Under the pieces are notes generated by a model. The model was not told the origin of the DNA, made no database searches, and was given only the letters and a program-made list of their open reading frames with translations. The translations under genes and the position numbers were made by a program. A stretch of 64,000 nucleotides of DNA from an uncultured Actinomycetes bacterium (GTDB lineage: Bacteria > Actinomycetota > UBA4738 > JBBDTT01), in the NCBI GenBank assembly GCA_963742735.1, contig CAVUMN010000004.1, positions 1,312,001 to 1,376,000 of the forward strand. The letters run 5' to 3'. Positions 50,929-62,217 of the stretch are shown here, one piece after another; positions within the stretch are counted from its first letter, which is position 1; every line of letters begins with the position of its first letter.

Positions 50929-51378
50929 TCAGCAGCCGGCCCCAGGCCACTTCGAGCAGTCGAAGCTCACGACGACGTAGGTTCCGATCCCGAACAGGAT
51001 CACGCCGAGGATGTTGAAGAACCAGGTGATGCTCGCCCGGACGCCCGGCCGGCGGACGTAGTCGAGGATGATCACGCGCAGCCCGTTGACCCCGTGGACC
51101 AGCGCGAGCGAAAGCATCAGCCAGTCCCACGTCTTCCAGAACACGCTGTTCCATCGAAGGGCCACGAACCCGAAGTCCACGCGGTCCACGCCCTCCTCGA
51201 GCACGTGCATGATCAGCACGTGTCCGACGGCCAGGACCAGCAGGACCAGCCCGGACAGACGCATGAAGAGCCACCACCAGAACTCGGCGCCGCGGCCGGG
51301 CGGACGCTGTCGCCCGATCTTCGGGGAGCCGGGTTCGGGCGCCCGCGGCTCGGACGGCGGCGCTTCCTGGACCGCCAT
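50929..51378 (-). CDS. sdhD: Succinate dehydrogenase membrane anchor
   Basis: WLFMRLSG...GH...HGVNGLRVIILDY. Confidence 0.9.
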   Translation of the reverse strand: MAVQEAPPSEPRAPEPGSPKIGRQRPPGRGAEFWWWLFMRLSGLVLLVLAVGHVLIMHVLEEGVDRVDFGFVALRWNSVFWKTWDWLMLSLALVHGVNGLRVIILDYVRRPGVRASITWFFNILGVILFGIGTYVVVSFDCSKWPGAGC

Positions 51379-51842
51379 CAGAACCACGCCTCCAGGACGG
51401 GCTTCCCGATGATGTAGGTGATCGGGATCATCGACCCGATGAACAGGACCATCTCGCCCCAGAAGAGCGCCGCGTTGTTGTCGGTCAGCTTCGGGAAGAA
51501 GTCGATCAGCATGATCCGGGTGCCGTTGAGCGCGTGGTACATGACCATGGCCACCAGCCCCAGCTCCAGCAGCCGGATGAAGGGGTTGTGGTAGACGGCG
51601 ACGACCTTGTTGTAGGCCTCCGGACCCCACCCGACGAGCGCCGTGTCCAGGATGTGGGCGAAGAGGAACAGGATGATGCCGACGCCGCTCACGCGATGGA
51701 AGAGCCAGGACCACTGGCCCTCGCGGCCCCGGTACGGCCATCCAAACTGGCGGACCTTCTTGCGGATGCGGGGATTCGAGGAGACGACCTCCTGGGCCTT
51801 CTCCCGGGCCCGCACCACCGGGTTCCTCGAGCGTCCCGCCAC
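51378..51842 (-). CDS. sdhC: Succinate dehydrogenase cytochrome b subunit
   Basis: YRGREGQWSWLFHRVSG, HILD, YHALNG; GGGAGG before GTG 51842. Confidence 0.92.
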   Translation of the reverse strand: MAGRSRNPVVRAREKAQEVVSSNPRIRKKVRQFGWPYRGREGQWSWLFHRVSGVGIILFLFAHILDTALVGWGPEAYNKVVAVYHNPFIRLLELGLVAMVMYHALNGTRIMLIDFFPKLTDNNAALFWGEMVLFIGSMIPITYIIGKPVLEAWF

Positions 51843-51911
51843 GCGGTTTCCTCCCAACGGAGCGTATCGCGTCCGCGAGAAAGAGCCCTCGCGGGCAAAC
51901 CGCGCGGGAGT

Positions 51912-53288
51912 CTACTCTCTGAGCGCTGCGAGCCGGTTCGCCAGCTCGGCCTGCAGCTCGGCCACCGACGGGCGGCCCGCGAGGTTCGTCAGCTGGAAGG
52001 GGTCGGCGGCCAGGTCGTAGAGCTCGACGCCCCCGTCCTCGTACTCGACGTAGGTGTGGCGCTCGGTCCGGACGGCGGTGAAGCCGGGCGGCAGGAATCC
52101 GTCGTGGAAGTGCCCGAGGTACTCGATGAGGACCTCCTGCCGCCACTGTGTCGGAGCGCCGCGCAGGATCGGGACCAGGCTCCGGCCATCGGGCGGCAGG
52201 CCGGGCGCCACGCCGGCCAGGTCGAGCAGCGTGGTCGGGAGGTCGACGTTGCTCACGAGGCGGTCGTCCACGAGGCCCCCCTCGCCGCCGGGGATCCGGA
52301 TCACCAGCGGCACGCGGATCGACTCCTCGTACGGCCACACCTTCCCGAGGAGGCGGTGCTCGCCCCACAGGTAGCCGTTGTCCGAGGTGAACACGATCGC
52401 CGTGTCCTCGAGCTCGCCGGCGGCCTCGAGGGCGTCGACCAGCCGGCGCACGGCCCGGTCCACGGCGAGGAGCGTCTCGAGCGCGGTACGCCGGAGCCGG
52501 TCGGACTCGGCCGTCTCCTCCGCGGTGAGTGCCGGATGGTCCCGGGCCCACGGCTTGTCGAGGACGTCCCCCTCGTTGAAGGACGGGGGCCGAACGGGCG
52601 GCACCAGCTCGAACGCCCCCACGTCCTGGGGCGCCGGGATGGAAGGGAAGTGGGGGGCCACCGGCGTCAGGTAAGTGAAGAACGGCCGGTCGTCGTCGCG
52701 TTCGATGAACTCGATCGCCCGGTCGGTGACGACGTCGGTGAAGTAGTCCTCGGGGGCGTCGCCGTAGGTCCGCTCCGTCCCGTTCTCGCTGAGGGTGTAG
52801 CCGTAGAACTCCTCGGCGCCTCCGGCCAGCGCGTGCCAGTCGTCCCAGCCGGGCGGGACGTAGCCCTCCTCCAGCTGCTGGTAGCCGTTCAGGTACTTGC
52901 CCGACAGTGAGGTCCGGTAGCCGGCGTCGCGGAGCCACACGGCGATCGTGTCGGCGTCTCGGAACGACTGCGCGCCGCCGTCGGGCGGGGCTCGGTCGAG
53001 CACCCCGTGATGGCGGGCGTACTGCCCGGTGAGCAGGCTGGCCCGCGACGGGCAGCAGAGCGACGTCGTCGCGAACGCGTTCGAGAACGTCACGCCGTGT
53101 CCGCCGAGCAGCGTGCGCACGTTCGGCATGACGTCGAGCGTGTCCGCCCACTGGTCGTCGGTGACGATCATGACCAGGTTCGGGCCGTCGGCGATGGGGG
53201 GCCGGTCGGGGGGCTCGCCGTCGCACGCCGAGGCGAGCAACGCCAACGCCAGCGCGCCTCGGAGGAGCCTCGCGAACGGCTGGGCCAT
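51912..53288 (-). CDS. Exported (lipoprotein) sulfatase, N-acetylglucosamine-6-sulfatase-like
   Basis: Lipobox [39 protein letters not shown]. Confidence 0.9.
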   Translation of the reverse strand: MAQPFARLLRGALALALLASACDGEPPDRPPIADGPNLVMIVTDDQWADTLDVMPNVRTLLGGHGVTFSNAFATTSLCCPSRASLLTGQYARHHGVLDRAPPDGGAQSFRDADTIAVWLRDAGYRTSLSGKYLNGYQQLEEGYVPPGWDDWHALAGGAEEFYGYTLSENGTERTYGDAPEDYFTDVVTDRAIEFIERDDDRPFFTYLTPVAPHFPSIPAPQDVGAFELVPPVRPPSFNEGDVLDKPWARDHPALTAEETAESDRLRRTALETLLAVDRAVRRLVDALEAAGELEDTAIVFTSDNGYLWGEHRLLGKVWPYEESIRVPLVIRIPGGEGGLVDDRLVSNVDLPTTLLDLAGVAPGLPPDGRSLVPILRGAPTQWRQEVLIEYLGHFHDGFLPPGFTAVRTERHTYVEYEDGGVELYDLAADPFQLTNLAGRPSVAELQAELANRLAALRE

Positions 53289-53328
53289 GTGCGTCCGAAG
53301 GATGTCAGATGCGGCTACGCTTGGCCCG

Positions 53329-54908
<1,580 letters not shown>

Positions 54909-54912
<4 letters not shown>

Positions 54913-55589
54913 GGATCGCGATCGTCGGCGGGACGGGAGATCAGGGGTTCGGCCTGGCGCTCCGGCTCGCCACGGCCGGGGAGACGATCGTGATCGGATC
55001 GAGGGACGCGGAGCGCGGAACGCAGGCCGCCGACCGCGCGCGGGAGCGGCTGGGCGGCTCCGGCGCCGTATCGGGAACCTCGAACGAGGAGGCCGTCAAG
55101 GTCGCCGAGGTCGTGTTCCTCACGGTTCCGTTCGCGGGGCAGGCCGAGATCCTCCGCAGCGTCAAGGACCACGTCCCGGAGGGCGTCGTGTTCTGCGACT
55201 GCACGAGCCCGCTGGCCACCGCCGTCGGCGGACGGCCGTGGCAGGTGCTGCGGCCGTGGCACGGCTCGGCGGCCGAGCAGGCCAAGGAGATCCTGCCCAA
55301 GCACGTACGGCTGGTCAGCGCCTTCCACACCGTGGCTGCCGAGGCGCTCGAGGCCGTCGACCGCGAGCTGGACGGCGACGTCCTCATCGCCGGCGCCGAC
55401 GAGGAGGCCAAGGCCACGATCGGGGGGCTGGCCACGAAGATCCCGAACCTCGGGTGGGTGGACGCGGGCGTGCTGTCCGCGGCGCGGTTGCTCGAGCCGC
55501 TCACCGCGATCCTGGTCAACGTGAACCGGCGCTACAAGGTTCGCGACGCGGGCTTCCGGATCACCGGCCTTCCCGGCAAGGACGCGTGA
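54909..55589 (+). CDS. npdG: NADPH-dependent F420 reductase
   Basis: [41 protein letters not shown]. Confidence 0.88.
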
Positions 55590-56443
55590 CCGAAGGCCAC
55601 CTGGTCGAGGTCCTCGACACCCGGCTGTACGTCGAGGAGCGCGGCGACGGGTTCCCGTTGATCCTGCTGCACGGCGGTCCAGGCCTGGACCATCACGAGT
55701 TCGGCGACTACCTCGACCCCCTGGCCACCACGTTCCGGCTGATCCTGGTCGACCAGCGCAGCCAGGGCCGGTCGGACCTGGCCCCCGAGCACACGTGGAC
55801 CATCGAGAACATGGCCGAGGACGTCCTGCACCTGGGGTGGGCCCTCGAGCTCGACCGCTACGCCGTCCTCGGCCACTCCTTCGGCGGCTTCGTGGCGATC
55901 CAGAACGCGGTCGACTTCCCGGGGATGGCGTCGGCAACGATCGTCTCGAGCGGGGTGGCCTCCGGGCGCCATCTGGCGGGCGTCGAGCGCAACCTGGCGC
56001 AGTTCGAGCCGGAGGACATGCGAGAGCGGGTCAAGGCGTCCTGGGCGCGTGAGCCCGAGGTGCGCAGCCCCGGCGAGGTCGGAGAGATCGTGAGCGAGCA
56101 GCTCCCGTTCCACTTCGCGGACCCGCTCGACCCACGGATCCCCGAGTACGAGGCGCGGTCCGCCGGTGCGCGGTACTCGCCGGACGTCCTGCGCCGCTTC
56201 GCGGAGTCCTCGTACGGAGGGATCGACGTCGAGGACCGCCTGGTGCACGTGCTCCAGCCCGTCCTGGCCCTGGCCGGCCGCCACGACCGGACCTGTTCCG
56301 TCGCGGGGGCCGAGGCCATCGCGGCCGGCGTGCCGGCCGGCGAGCTGGTCGTGTTCGAACGCAGCGCGCACATGACGTTCGTCGAGGAGACCGAGGCCTA
56401 CCTGGAGGCCGTCCGGTCCTTCCTCACGCCGATCGCGGGCTAG
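55586..56443 (+). CDS. Alpha/beta hydrolase (proline iminopeptidase-like)
   Basis: LHGGPG, GHSFGG, GRHD, SAH. Confidence 0.85.
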   Translation: MTEGHLVEVLDTRLYVEERGDGFPLILLHGGPGLDHHEFGDYLDPLATTFRLILVDQRSQGRSDLAPEHTWTIENMAEDVLHLGWALELDRYAVLGHSFGGFVAIQNAVDFPGMASATIVSSGVASGRHLAGVERNLAQFEPEDMRERVKASWAREPEVRSPGEVGEIVSEQLPFHFADPLDPRIPEYEARSAGARYSPDVLRRFAESSYGGIDVEDRLVHVLQPVLALAGRHDRTCSVAGAEAIAAGVPAGELVVFERSAHMTFVEETEAYLEAVRSFLTPIAG

Positions 56444-57871
56444 CTACCTCGCGGCGATCAGGTCCGGCCCACTCCGTTGGTGGGCGACGCAGATGCAGTT
56501 GCCTTCCGCGTCGTCCGTGTAGGCGATGTGCGCCCGGCCCTGTGGGTCGATCGCCACATCGATGAAGTCGAGCAGGCTGCGGTTCGCGCCGACCGGCTCG
56601 AACACGGTGCAGAAGATCCCCAACACGCAGATGTCGCCGAAGTGCATCGGCTCCGTGGTGATCTTCTTCACCGTCCAGGTGGGCGCCGTCGAGCGCAGGT
56701 TGAGCGTCTGGGCCGCGTAGAGGTCCCATGTCGCGTCGGGGTCGCCTCCCGGGAAGGACTTGCCGTAGGGGAGGGTGGGCACGATCGTCTCGCTGCGCAG
56801 GTAGGTCACCACGGCCTTGCCCGGATCCCCCGCGGCGATCGCGGCGAACAGGTGTGAGCCCTTGGTGTTGTTCACCTTGAGGGGCTGGCCGCCGCCCGTC
56901 CAGGAGAAACCGCCGTCGAACGACGCCATCGCGAATGCGTCGACCTGGTTTCCCAGGTTCATGCCGAACGCGACGTAGGGGTTGCCGAGTCGGTCCAGGC
57001 TCAGGTCCGCGAACAGCGCGCTCGCGTCGTGGCCGAAACCGCCGTCGAAGACCCGACGGTTGGACCATGTGGCGCCCTCGTCGTCGCTCCACGCGATCCA
57101 GACGGTGTGGAAGGTGGTGAGCTGGGTGATGTTGCAGCCCGTTGCGAGATTGGTCACGACGTCGCCGGCCAGCCACAGGACATACACCCGCCCGGCGTAT
57201 GGGCCCTTCTTGGCCACCGCCAGCCCGCCGGGGATCGTGTCGCAGAACGAGTCGAGGTTCGCCTCCGCTCCGAGCACATCGACCGGCTCGCCGAACGTCT
57301 TCCCCCCATCCTTCGAGGTGTTGACCCAGATCTGGCTGGGGACGAAGTCGTGATAGGTCAGATAGACGCGCGCTTCGTGGGTGGTCTTCCCCGGGGGAAT
57401 GAACGCGTCGGTCCACTGGCGATCGACGAAGAACGCCGAGTTCGAGGCGTTGGTGCCACCGTCGGTCAGGCCCTTCTGCGGCCAGGTGGCTCCGTGGTCG
57501 AAGGACTTGTAGACGTCGCCCTGGAGGGAGCCGTTGAGGTTGGACTCGTAGACGGCCCCCGACGAGTCCACGTTCACCGTGGTGTCGCCCGAACCCGTGT
57601 CCGCGAATCCGCCCTGGGTCCAGGTCCGGCCGCCGTTGTTGGAGCGGGCGAAGTGCATGCCGCCGTCGCCCGGCCAGGAGGTGTAGATCCATCCATCCTT
57701 CGCGACCGCGATCGAGGGCTCGCCGCCCGTCTTCTCGTGCACGTTGGAGATCTGGAACGACAGCCCGGCCGGCTTCTTCGGCTTGACCTTCTTCTTCGCG
57801 GCGCCGGCGGTGGTGGCCAGTGTGGTGATGAGGACGGCGGCGATCAGTGCCGAGAGCAGCTTGCGGGTCAC
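56444..57871 (-). CDS. Secreted BNR/Asp-box beta-propeller (sialidase-like) protein
   Basis: Signal peptide; Asp-boxes SNNGGRTW, SFDHGATW, SKDGGKTF, SDDEGATW, SFDGGFSW; AAGGAGG RBS. Confidence 0.82.
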   Translation of the reverse strand: MTRKLLSALIAAVLITTLATTAGAAKKKVKPKKPAGLSFQISNVHEKTGGEPSIAVAKDGWIYTSWPGDGGMHFARSNNGGRTWTQGGFADTGSGDTTVNVDSSGAVYESNLNGSLQGDVYKSFDHGATWPQKGLTDGGTNASNSAFFVDRQWTDAFIPPGKTTHEARVYLTYHDFVPSQIWVNTSKDGGKTFGEPVDVLGAEANLDSFCDTIPGGLAVAKKGPYAGRVYVLWLAGDVVTNLATGCNITQLTTFHTVWIAWSDDEGATWSNRRVFDGGFGHDASALFADLSLDRLGNPYVAFGMNLGNQVDAFAMASFDGGFSWTGGGQPLKVNNTKGSHLFAAIAAGDPGKAVVTYLRSETIVPTLPYGKSFPGGDPDATWDLYAAQTLNLRSTAPTWTVKKITTEPMHFGDICVLGIFCTVFEPVGANRSLLDFIDVAIDPQGRAHIAYTDDAEGNCICVAHQRSGPDLIAAR

Positions 57872-57906
57872 GACGGTGTGCCTCCTTCGGCGTGGGCGTG
57901 CTGAGC

Positions 57907-59631
57907 CTATTCGACGATCAGCAGAGTCTGACCTGTCTCCACCACGTCGCCCGCGGACACCTCGATCGTGGTCACGGTGCCGTCGGCGTGGGCGGCGATG
58001 TGGTTCTCCATCTTCATGGCCTCCAGGATGCACATCACGTCACCCGCGCTGACCTCCTGGCCCGGCTCGACCATGACCTGCAGGATCGTGCCCTGCATGG
58101 GAGCGGTGATGACGTCGCCCCCTCCCTGATGGCCGCCGCCGCGCGACCCGAGAGAGGCCGGGGGCCGAGGGGCCGGCGAGACGCCGTCGCCCCACATCCG
58201 CACCGGGAAGCGGCGGCCCTCGACCTCGGCCTGGATGAGGACCGACCGGCCGTCCCCGGCCGCGGGAGACGCCGGCTCGGCCTCGCCGAGGGGCCCGTCC
58301 TCCAGCGCGACCTCGACCCACCGCGTGGTGGCGGTCGCCTCGATGAACTCCTTCGTCTCCAGCACCCAGCGGTGGAAGGGGATGGTGGTGGGGATGCCCT
58401 CGACGCGCATCTCGCCGAGGGCGCGGAGCATGCGCCGGCGCGCCCGTTCGCGGTCCCCGCCCCACACGACGAGCTTGCCGAACAGCGAGTCGTAGTCGCC
58501 GGGGATGGTCCGGCCCTCCTCGAACCCGGCGTCCAGGCGAACGAACGGCCCGCCGGGTGGGATGAGCCGGGTGATCTTCCCGGGGCCGGGGAGGAAGTCG
58601 TGGTACGGGTCCTCCGCGTTCAGGCGGCACTCGATAGCGTGGCCTCGGCGGTCGGGCGCGACGTCGACCTTCTCACCGAGCGCCGCCGCGATCTGGAGGG
58701 CGACAAGGTCCAGCCCCGTGACCATCTCGGTGACGGGGTGCTCGACCTGCAGCCGCGCGTTGACCTCCAGGAAGTAGTACGACCCGTCGGTGTCGTCCAC
58801 CAGGAACTCCACGGTGCCCGCGTTCTGGTAGCCGACCTCCTTGGCCAGGGCCAGGGCGGACTCGCCGATCCGTCCGCGGAGGTCGTCGTCCACGATCGGG
58901 GACGGGCTCTCCTCGACGAGCTTCTGGTACCGGCGCTGAAGGGTGCAGTCGCGCTCGCCCAGGAAGCTCACGTTCCCGTGGCGGTCCCCGATGATCTGAG
59001 CCTCGACGTGATGGCCGCGCTCGATGTAGCGCTCCAGGTAGACCTCGGGGCGCCCGAAGTACGACTGCGCCTCTCGGGCCGACCGGGCCACGGCCTCGTC
59101 GAGCTCGCCGGGCTCGGTGACCACGTGCATGCCGCGCCCTCCGCCTCCGTACGCGGCCTTGACCGCGATCGGGAAGCCGATCCGGGCCGCGGCCTCGGAG
59201 GCCTGGTCCGGGGTGATCGGGTCGGGGGTTCCGGGGACGGTGGGGACTCCCACCTTCTCGGCGGTGCGGCGGGCGGTGACCTTGTCGCCCATGGCGTCCA
59301 TCGCCTCCGGCGGCGGGCCGATGAACGTGAGCCCGGCGGCCGCGACGGCGCGGGCGAAGTCGGCGTTCTCGGCGAGGAAGCCGTAGCCGGGGTGCACCGC
59401 CGTCGCGTTCGAACGGCGGGCGGCGTCCAGGATGGCCTCGACCTTGAGGTAGGACGAGGCGGCGGGCGCGGGGCCCAGCCGGTACGCGTCGTCGGCCATG
59501 TCCACGAACAGGGCCTCGCGGTCGGCGTCGGAGTAGACCGCGACGGTGGGAATCCCGAGCTCACGGCACGTACGGATCACGCGGACGGCGATCTCTCCGC
59601 GGTTCGCGATGAGCACTCGGGTCTCGGCCAC
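57907..59631 (-). CDS. Acyl-CoA carboxylase alpha subunit (biotin carboxylase plus biotin carrier)
   Basis: ANRGEIA, HPGYGFLAEN, GGGGRGM, RLQVEHP, EAMKMEN. Confidence 0.95.
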   Translation of the reverse strand: MAETRVLIANRGEIAVRVIRTCRELGIPTVAVYSDADREALFVDMADDAYRLGPAPAASSYLKVEAILDAARRSNATAVHPGYGFLAENADFARAVAAAGLTFIGPPPEAMDAMGDKVTARRTAEKVGVPTVPGTPDPITPDQASEAAARIGFPIAVKAAYGGGGRGMHVVTEPGELDEAVARSAREAQSYFGRPEVYLERYIERGHHVEAQIIGDRHGNVSFLGERDCTLQRRYQKLVEESPSPIVDDDLRGRIGESALALAKEVGYQNAGTVEFLVDDTDGSYYFLEVNARLQVEHPVTEMVTGLDLVALQIAAALGEKVDVAPDRRGHAIECRLNAEDPYHDFLPGPGKITRLIPPGGPFVRLDAGFEEGRTIPGDYDSLFGKLVVWGGDRERARRRMLRALGEMRVEGIPTTIPFHRWVLETKEFIEATATTRWVEVALEDGPLGEAEPASPAAGDGRSVLIQAEVEGRRFPVRMWGDGVSPAPRPPASLGSRGGGHQGGGDVITAPMQGTILQVMVEPGQEVSAGDVMCILEAMKMENHIAAHADGTVTTIEVSAGDVVETGQTLLIVE

Positions 59632-59681
59632 GTCGCACCCTCTCGGGGGATACTGCCGCGCCGGCGAGGAGGGCCGGGCGG

Positions 59682-60464
59682 ATGCTGGATGAGGATAGCC
59701 TGCGATCGGCGGCCGAGACCTATGGCGGCGAGGTCGTCTGGAGGAACTCGACCGGCTCGACGAACGCCGACGCGGTCGCGCTCGCCGAGGCAGGAGCCCC
59801 GCATCTGTCGGTGGTCGCCGCGGGCCATCAGACCGCCGGGCGCGGGCGGCTGGGGCGCACGTGGGAGACCGCTCCCGGGTCGTCCCTCCTCATCTCCGTG
59901 GTGTTGCGGCCGAACGTCGAACCGGAGGCGGCCTCCCTCATCCCCCTGCTCGCCGCGCTGTGCATGGGCGAGGCCTGTGGAGGAGGATTCGGGATCGAGA
60001 CGCGGATCAAGTGGCCGAACGACCTGCACGTCAACGGCCGAAAGCTCGCCGGGATCCTGCCCGAGGCGAAGGTGAGCGCCGGCGCCCTCGAGTACGTCGT
60101 CGTCGGTGTCGGGGTCAACCTCTACCAGCGGACCGAGGACTTCCCGCCCGAGATCAGGGAGCGGGCCACGAGCGTGGTCCTCGAGGGCGGCACGCCCGAT
60201 GTGCACGAGGAAGAGTCCGCGGTACACACCTACCTGTGGGGCTACACCCTGTACGACCTGACCACGGACGACGCCCGCGCGAGGATCGTGGGCAACTCCC
60301 GGCACCTGTGCGAGACGATCGGACGCGAGGTTCGGGCGACGACCACCGACGGGCGCGAGGTCGTCGGGACGGCGGTCGACCTCGACGAGCGCGGGGGACT
60401 GGTCATCGAAGCCGACGGGACGCGGGAGACCGTGGCGTTCGGCGAGGTCCATCACCTGCGCTAA
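59682..60464 (+). CDS. birA: Biotin--protein ligase
   Basis: STN, QTAGRGRLGRTW, IKWPND, KLAGIL, GVGVN. Confidence 0.93.
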   Translation: MLDEDSLRSAAETYGGEVVWRNSTGSTNADAVALAEAGAPHLSVVAAGHQTAGRGRLGRTWETAPGSSLLISVVLRPNVEPEAASLIPLLAALCMGEACGGGFGIETRIKWPNDLHVNGRKLAGILPEAKVSAGALEYVVVGVGVNLYQRTEDFPPEIRERATSVVLEGGTPDVHEEESAVHTYLWGYTLYDLTTDDARARIVGNSRHLCETIGREVRATTTDGREVVGTAVDLDERGGLVIEADGTRETVAFGEVHHLR

Positions 60465-60473
60465 CCTGCGGGC

Positions 60474-61157
60474 GTGGCGTTCCCGCGGAGGTTGCTGGCC
60501 GATCACGAGCAGCTGGTGCTCGACATGCGGCCGCACTGGATCGCGCTGGTGTGGCCGGCCGCCCAGGCGATCGTGATCATCATCGGGTTCGGCGTCGTGT
60601 GGAGGTACACGCCCGACACCTGGCCCGAGTGGGTCTACCTGGCGGAGCTCGGGCTGGCCCTCTTCCTGCTGCTGGCGTACCCGGTCCGGCACCTCATAGC
60701 GTGGCTGACCAGCCACTTCGTGGTCACGTCCGACCGGGTCATCCACCGCGAGGGTTGGTTCGCGAAGAAGTCGATGGAGATGCCGCTCGAGCGGATCAAC
60801 GACGTGCGCTTCAAGCAGTCGGTGTTCGAGCGGATCGTCGGGGCCGGGGACCTGGTGATCGAGTCGGGCGGCGAGTTCGGCCAGAACCGGTTCACCGACA
60901 TTCGCAAGCCCGAGGACGTGCAGAAGACGATCTACGAGATGTCCGAGAAGAACCAGGCGCGCCCGGGCGCGCCCGCGACTCCCACCCGCCCCACGGACCG
61001 GTTCGAGGCGGACTACCGGACCACCGAGACCGTCGAGCGTCCGCCCAGTGTGACGGAGCAGCTCGAGCGGCTGGCCGATCTCCGCGAGCGAGGCGTGATC
61101 AACGAGGCCGAGTTCCAGGAGGCCAAGGAGCGTGTCCTGGACGACGCGCCGGAGTGA
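60474..61157 (+). CDS. Membrane protein with bacterial PH domain and C-terminal SHOCT domain
   Basis: RPHW, two TM segments, VVTSDRVI..G, LERLADLRERGVINEAEF. Confidence 0.82.
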   Translation: MAFPRRLLADHEQLVLDMRPHWIALVWPAAQAIVIIIGFGVVWRYTPDTWPEWVYLAELGLALFLLLAYPVRHLIAWLTSHFVVTSDRVIHREGWFAKKSMEMPLERINDVRFKQSVFERIVGAGDLVIESGGEFGQNRFTDIRKPEDVQKTIYEMSEKNQARPGAPATPTRPTDRFEADYRTTETVERPPSVTEQLERLADLRERGVINEAEFQEAKERVLDDAPE

Positions 61158-61161
61158 TTCG

Positions 61162-61833
61162 GTGGCGTCCTCGCCGGCATTCGAGCCGCTGACCACGGCG
61201 CTGCGCGACGGCACCCGCGTCCTGATCCGCCCCATCGCCGCCGACGACAAGGAGCTGCTCGTCCGCGGGTTCGAGCAGCTCTCCGAGCAGTCTCGCTACC
61301 GGCGGTTCCTGGCCCCGGTCCCGAACCTGTCGGACGCCCAGCTGAAATACCTCACCGAGGTCGACCACGACGCCCACGACGCGTTGCTCGCGGTCGACGC
61401 GGGCGAGCCGTCGCGCGGCTACGGCGTGGCCCGCTACGTGCGGCTGCACCAGGAGCCCGAGATCGCCGAGGCGGCGGTGACCGTCATCGACGAGTACCAG
61501 GGCAAGGGACTGGGCACGCTCCTCCTCGCGCTCCTCGCCCGGCTGGCGGTCTCGCGCGGGATCCGGAGCTTCCGCGCCTACGTGCTGTCGGAGAACCGGC
61601 CGATGCGCGACCTGCTCGAGTCGCTGGGCGCCGACGTCGACCACGGCGTGAACGTGCGTCACGACTCGCCCGGATTGCTTCGCATGGACACTCCGCTGCC
61701 CTCGGATCCCGAGGCCGTCCTGGACACGCCGGCCGGCGAGATCCTGCGCGCCGTGGCCCGCGGCGACATCCCCGAGGTCGCCACCGACCGGCGCACGGGA
61801 GAGATCGAGATCGTGCGCCTGGAGCCGGAATAG
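61162..61833 (+). CDS. GNAT acetyltransferase
   Basis: LRDG..VLIRPI, SRYRRF, AEAAVTVIDEYQGKGLG, ENRPM. Confidence 0.85.
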   Translation: MASSPAFEPLTTALRDGTRVLIRPIAADDKELLVRGFEQLSEQSRYRRFLAPVPNLSDAQLKYLTEVDHDAHDALLAVDAGEPSRGYGVARYVRLHQEPEIAEAAVTVIDEYQGKGLGTLLLALLARLAVSRGIRSFRAYVLSENRPMRDLLESLGADVDHGVNVRHDSPGLLRMDTPLPSDPEAVLDTPAGEILRAVARGDIPEVATDRRTGEIEIVRLEPE

Positions 61834-61845
61834 ACTCGGCTCGGC

Positions 61846-62208
61846 ATGAGCGACTTCGTCCGGGGCATCGATCACGTCTACTACTGGACCGGCGACATGG
61901 ACCGCGCGGTCGACTTCTACAAGGACGTCCTCGGCCTGAACCTGACCCGCCGCGAGGGCTCCAACTGGGCCGAGTTCGAGGCGGGCCCGATCCGGTTCGC
62001 GCTCCACGGCGCGGTCGAGGGCCATCCGTTCACCCCCGGGGGCGCGACGGCTTCGTTCCAGGTGAGCGACCTCGACGCCGCGGTCGCCGCCGTCGAGTCC
62101 CGCGGGGCGACGATCGGGCACCGGGGCGAGGTCGGCACCGAGGCCCGCTACGCGATCCTGCAGGACCCCGACGGCAACTCGGTCCAGCTCATCGAGTACG
62201 CCGGGTAG
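61846..62208 (+). CDS. VOC/glyoxalase family protein
   Basis: IDHV, AVDFYKDVLGL, DPDGNSVQL. Confidence 0.88.
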   Translation: MSDFVRGIDHVYYWTGDMDRAVDFYKDVLGLNLTRREGSNWAEFEAGPIRFALHGAVEGHPFTPGGATASFQVSDLDAAVAAVESRGATIGHRGEVGTEARYAILQDPDGNSVQLIEYAG

Positions 62209-62217
62209 TCTTCGGAC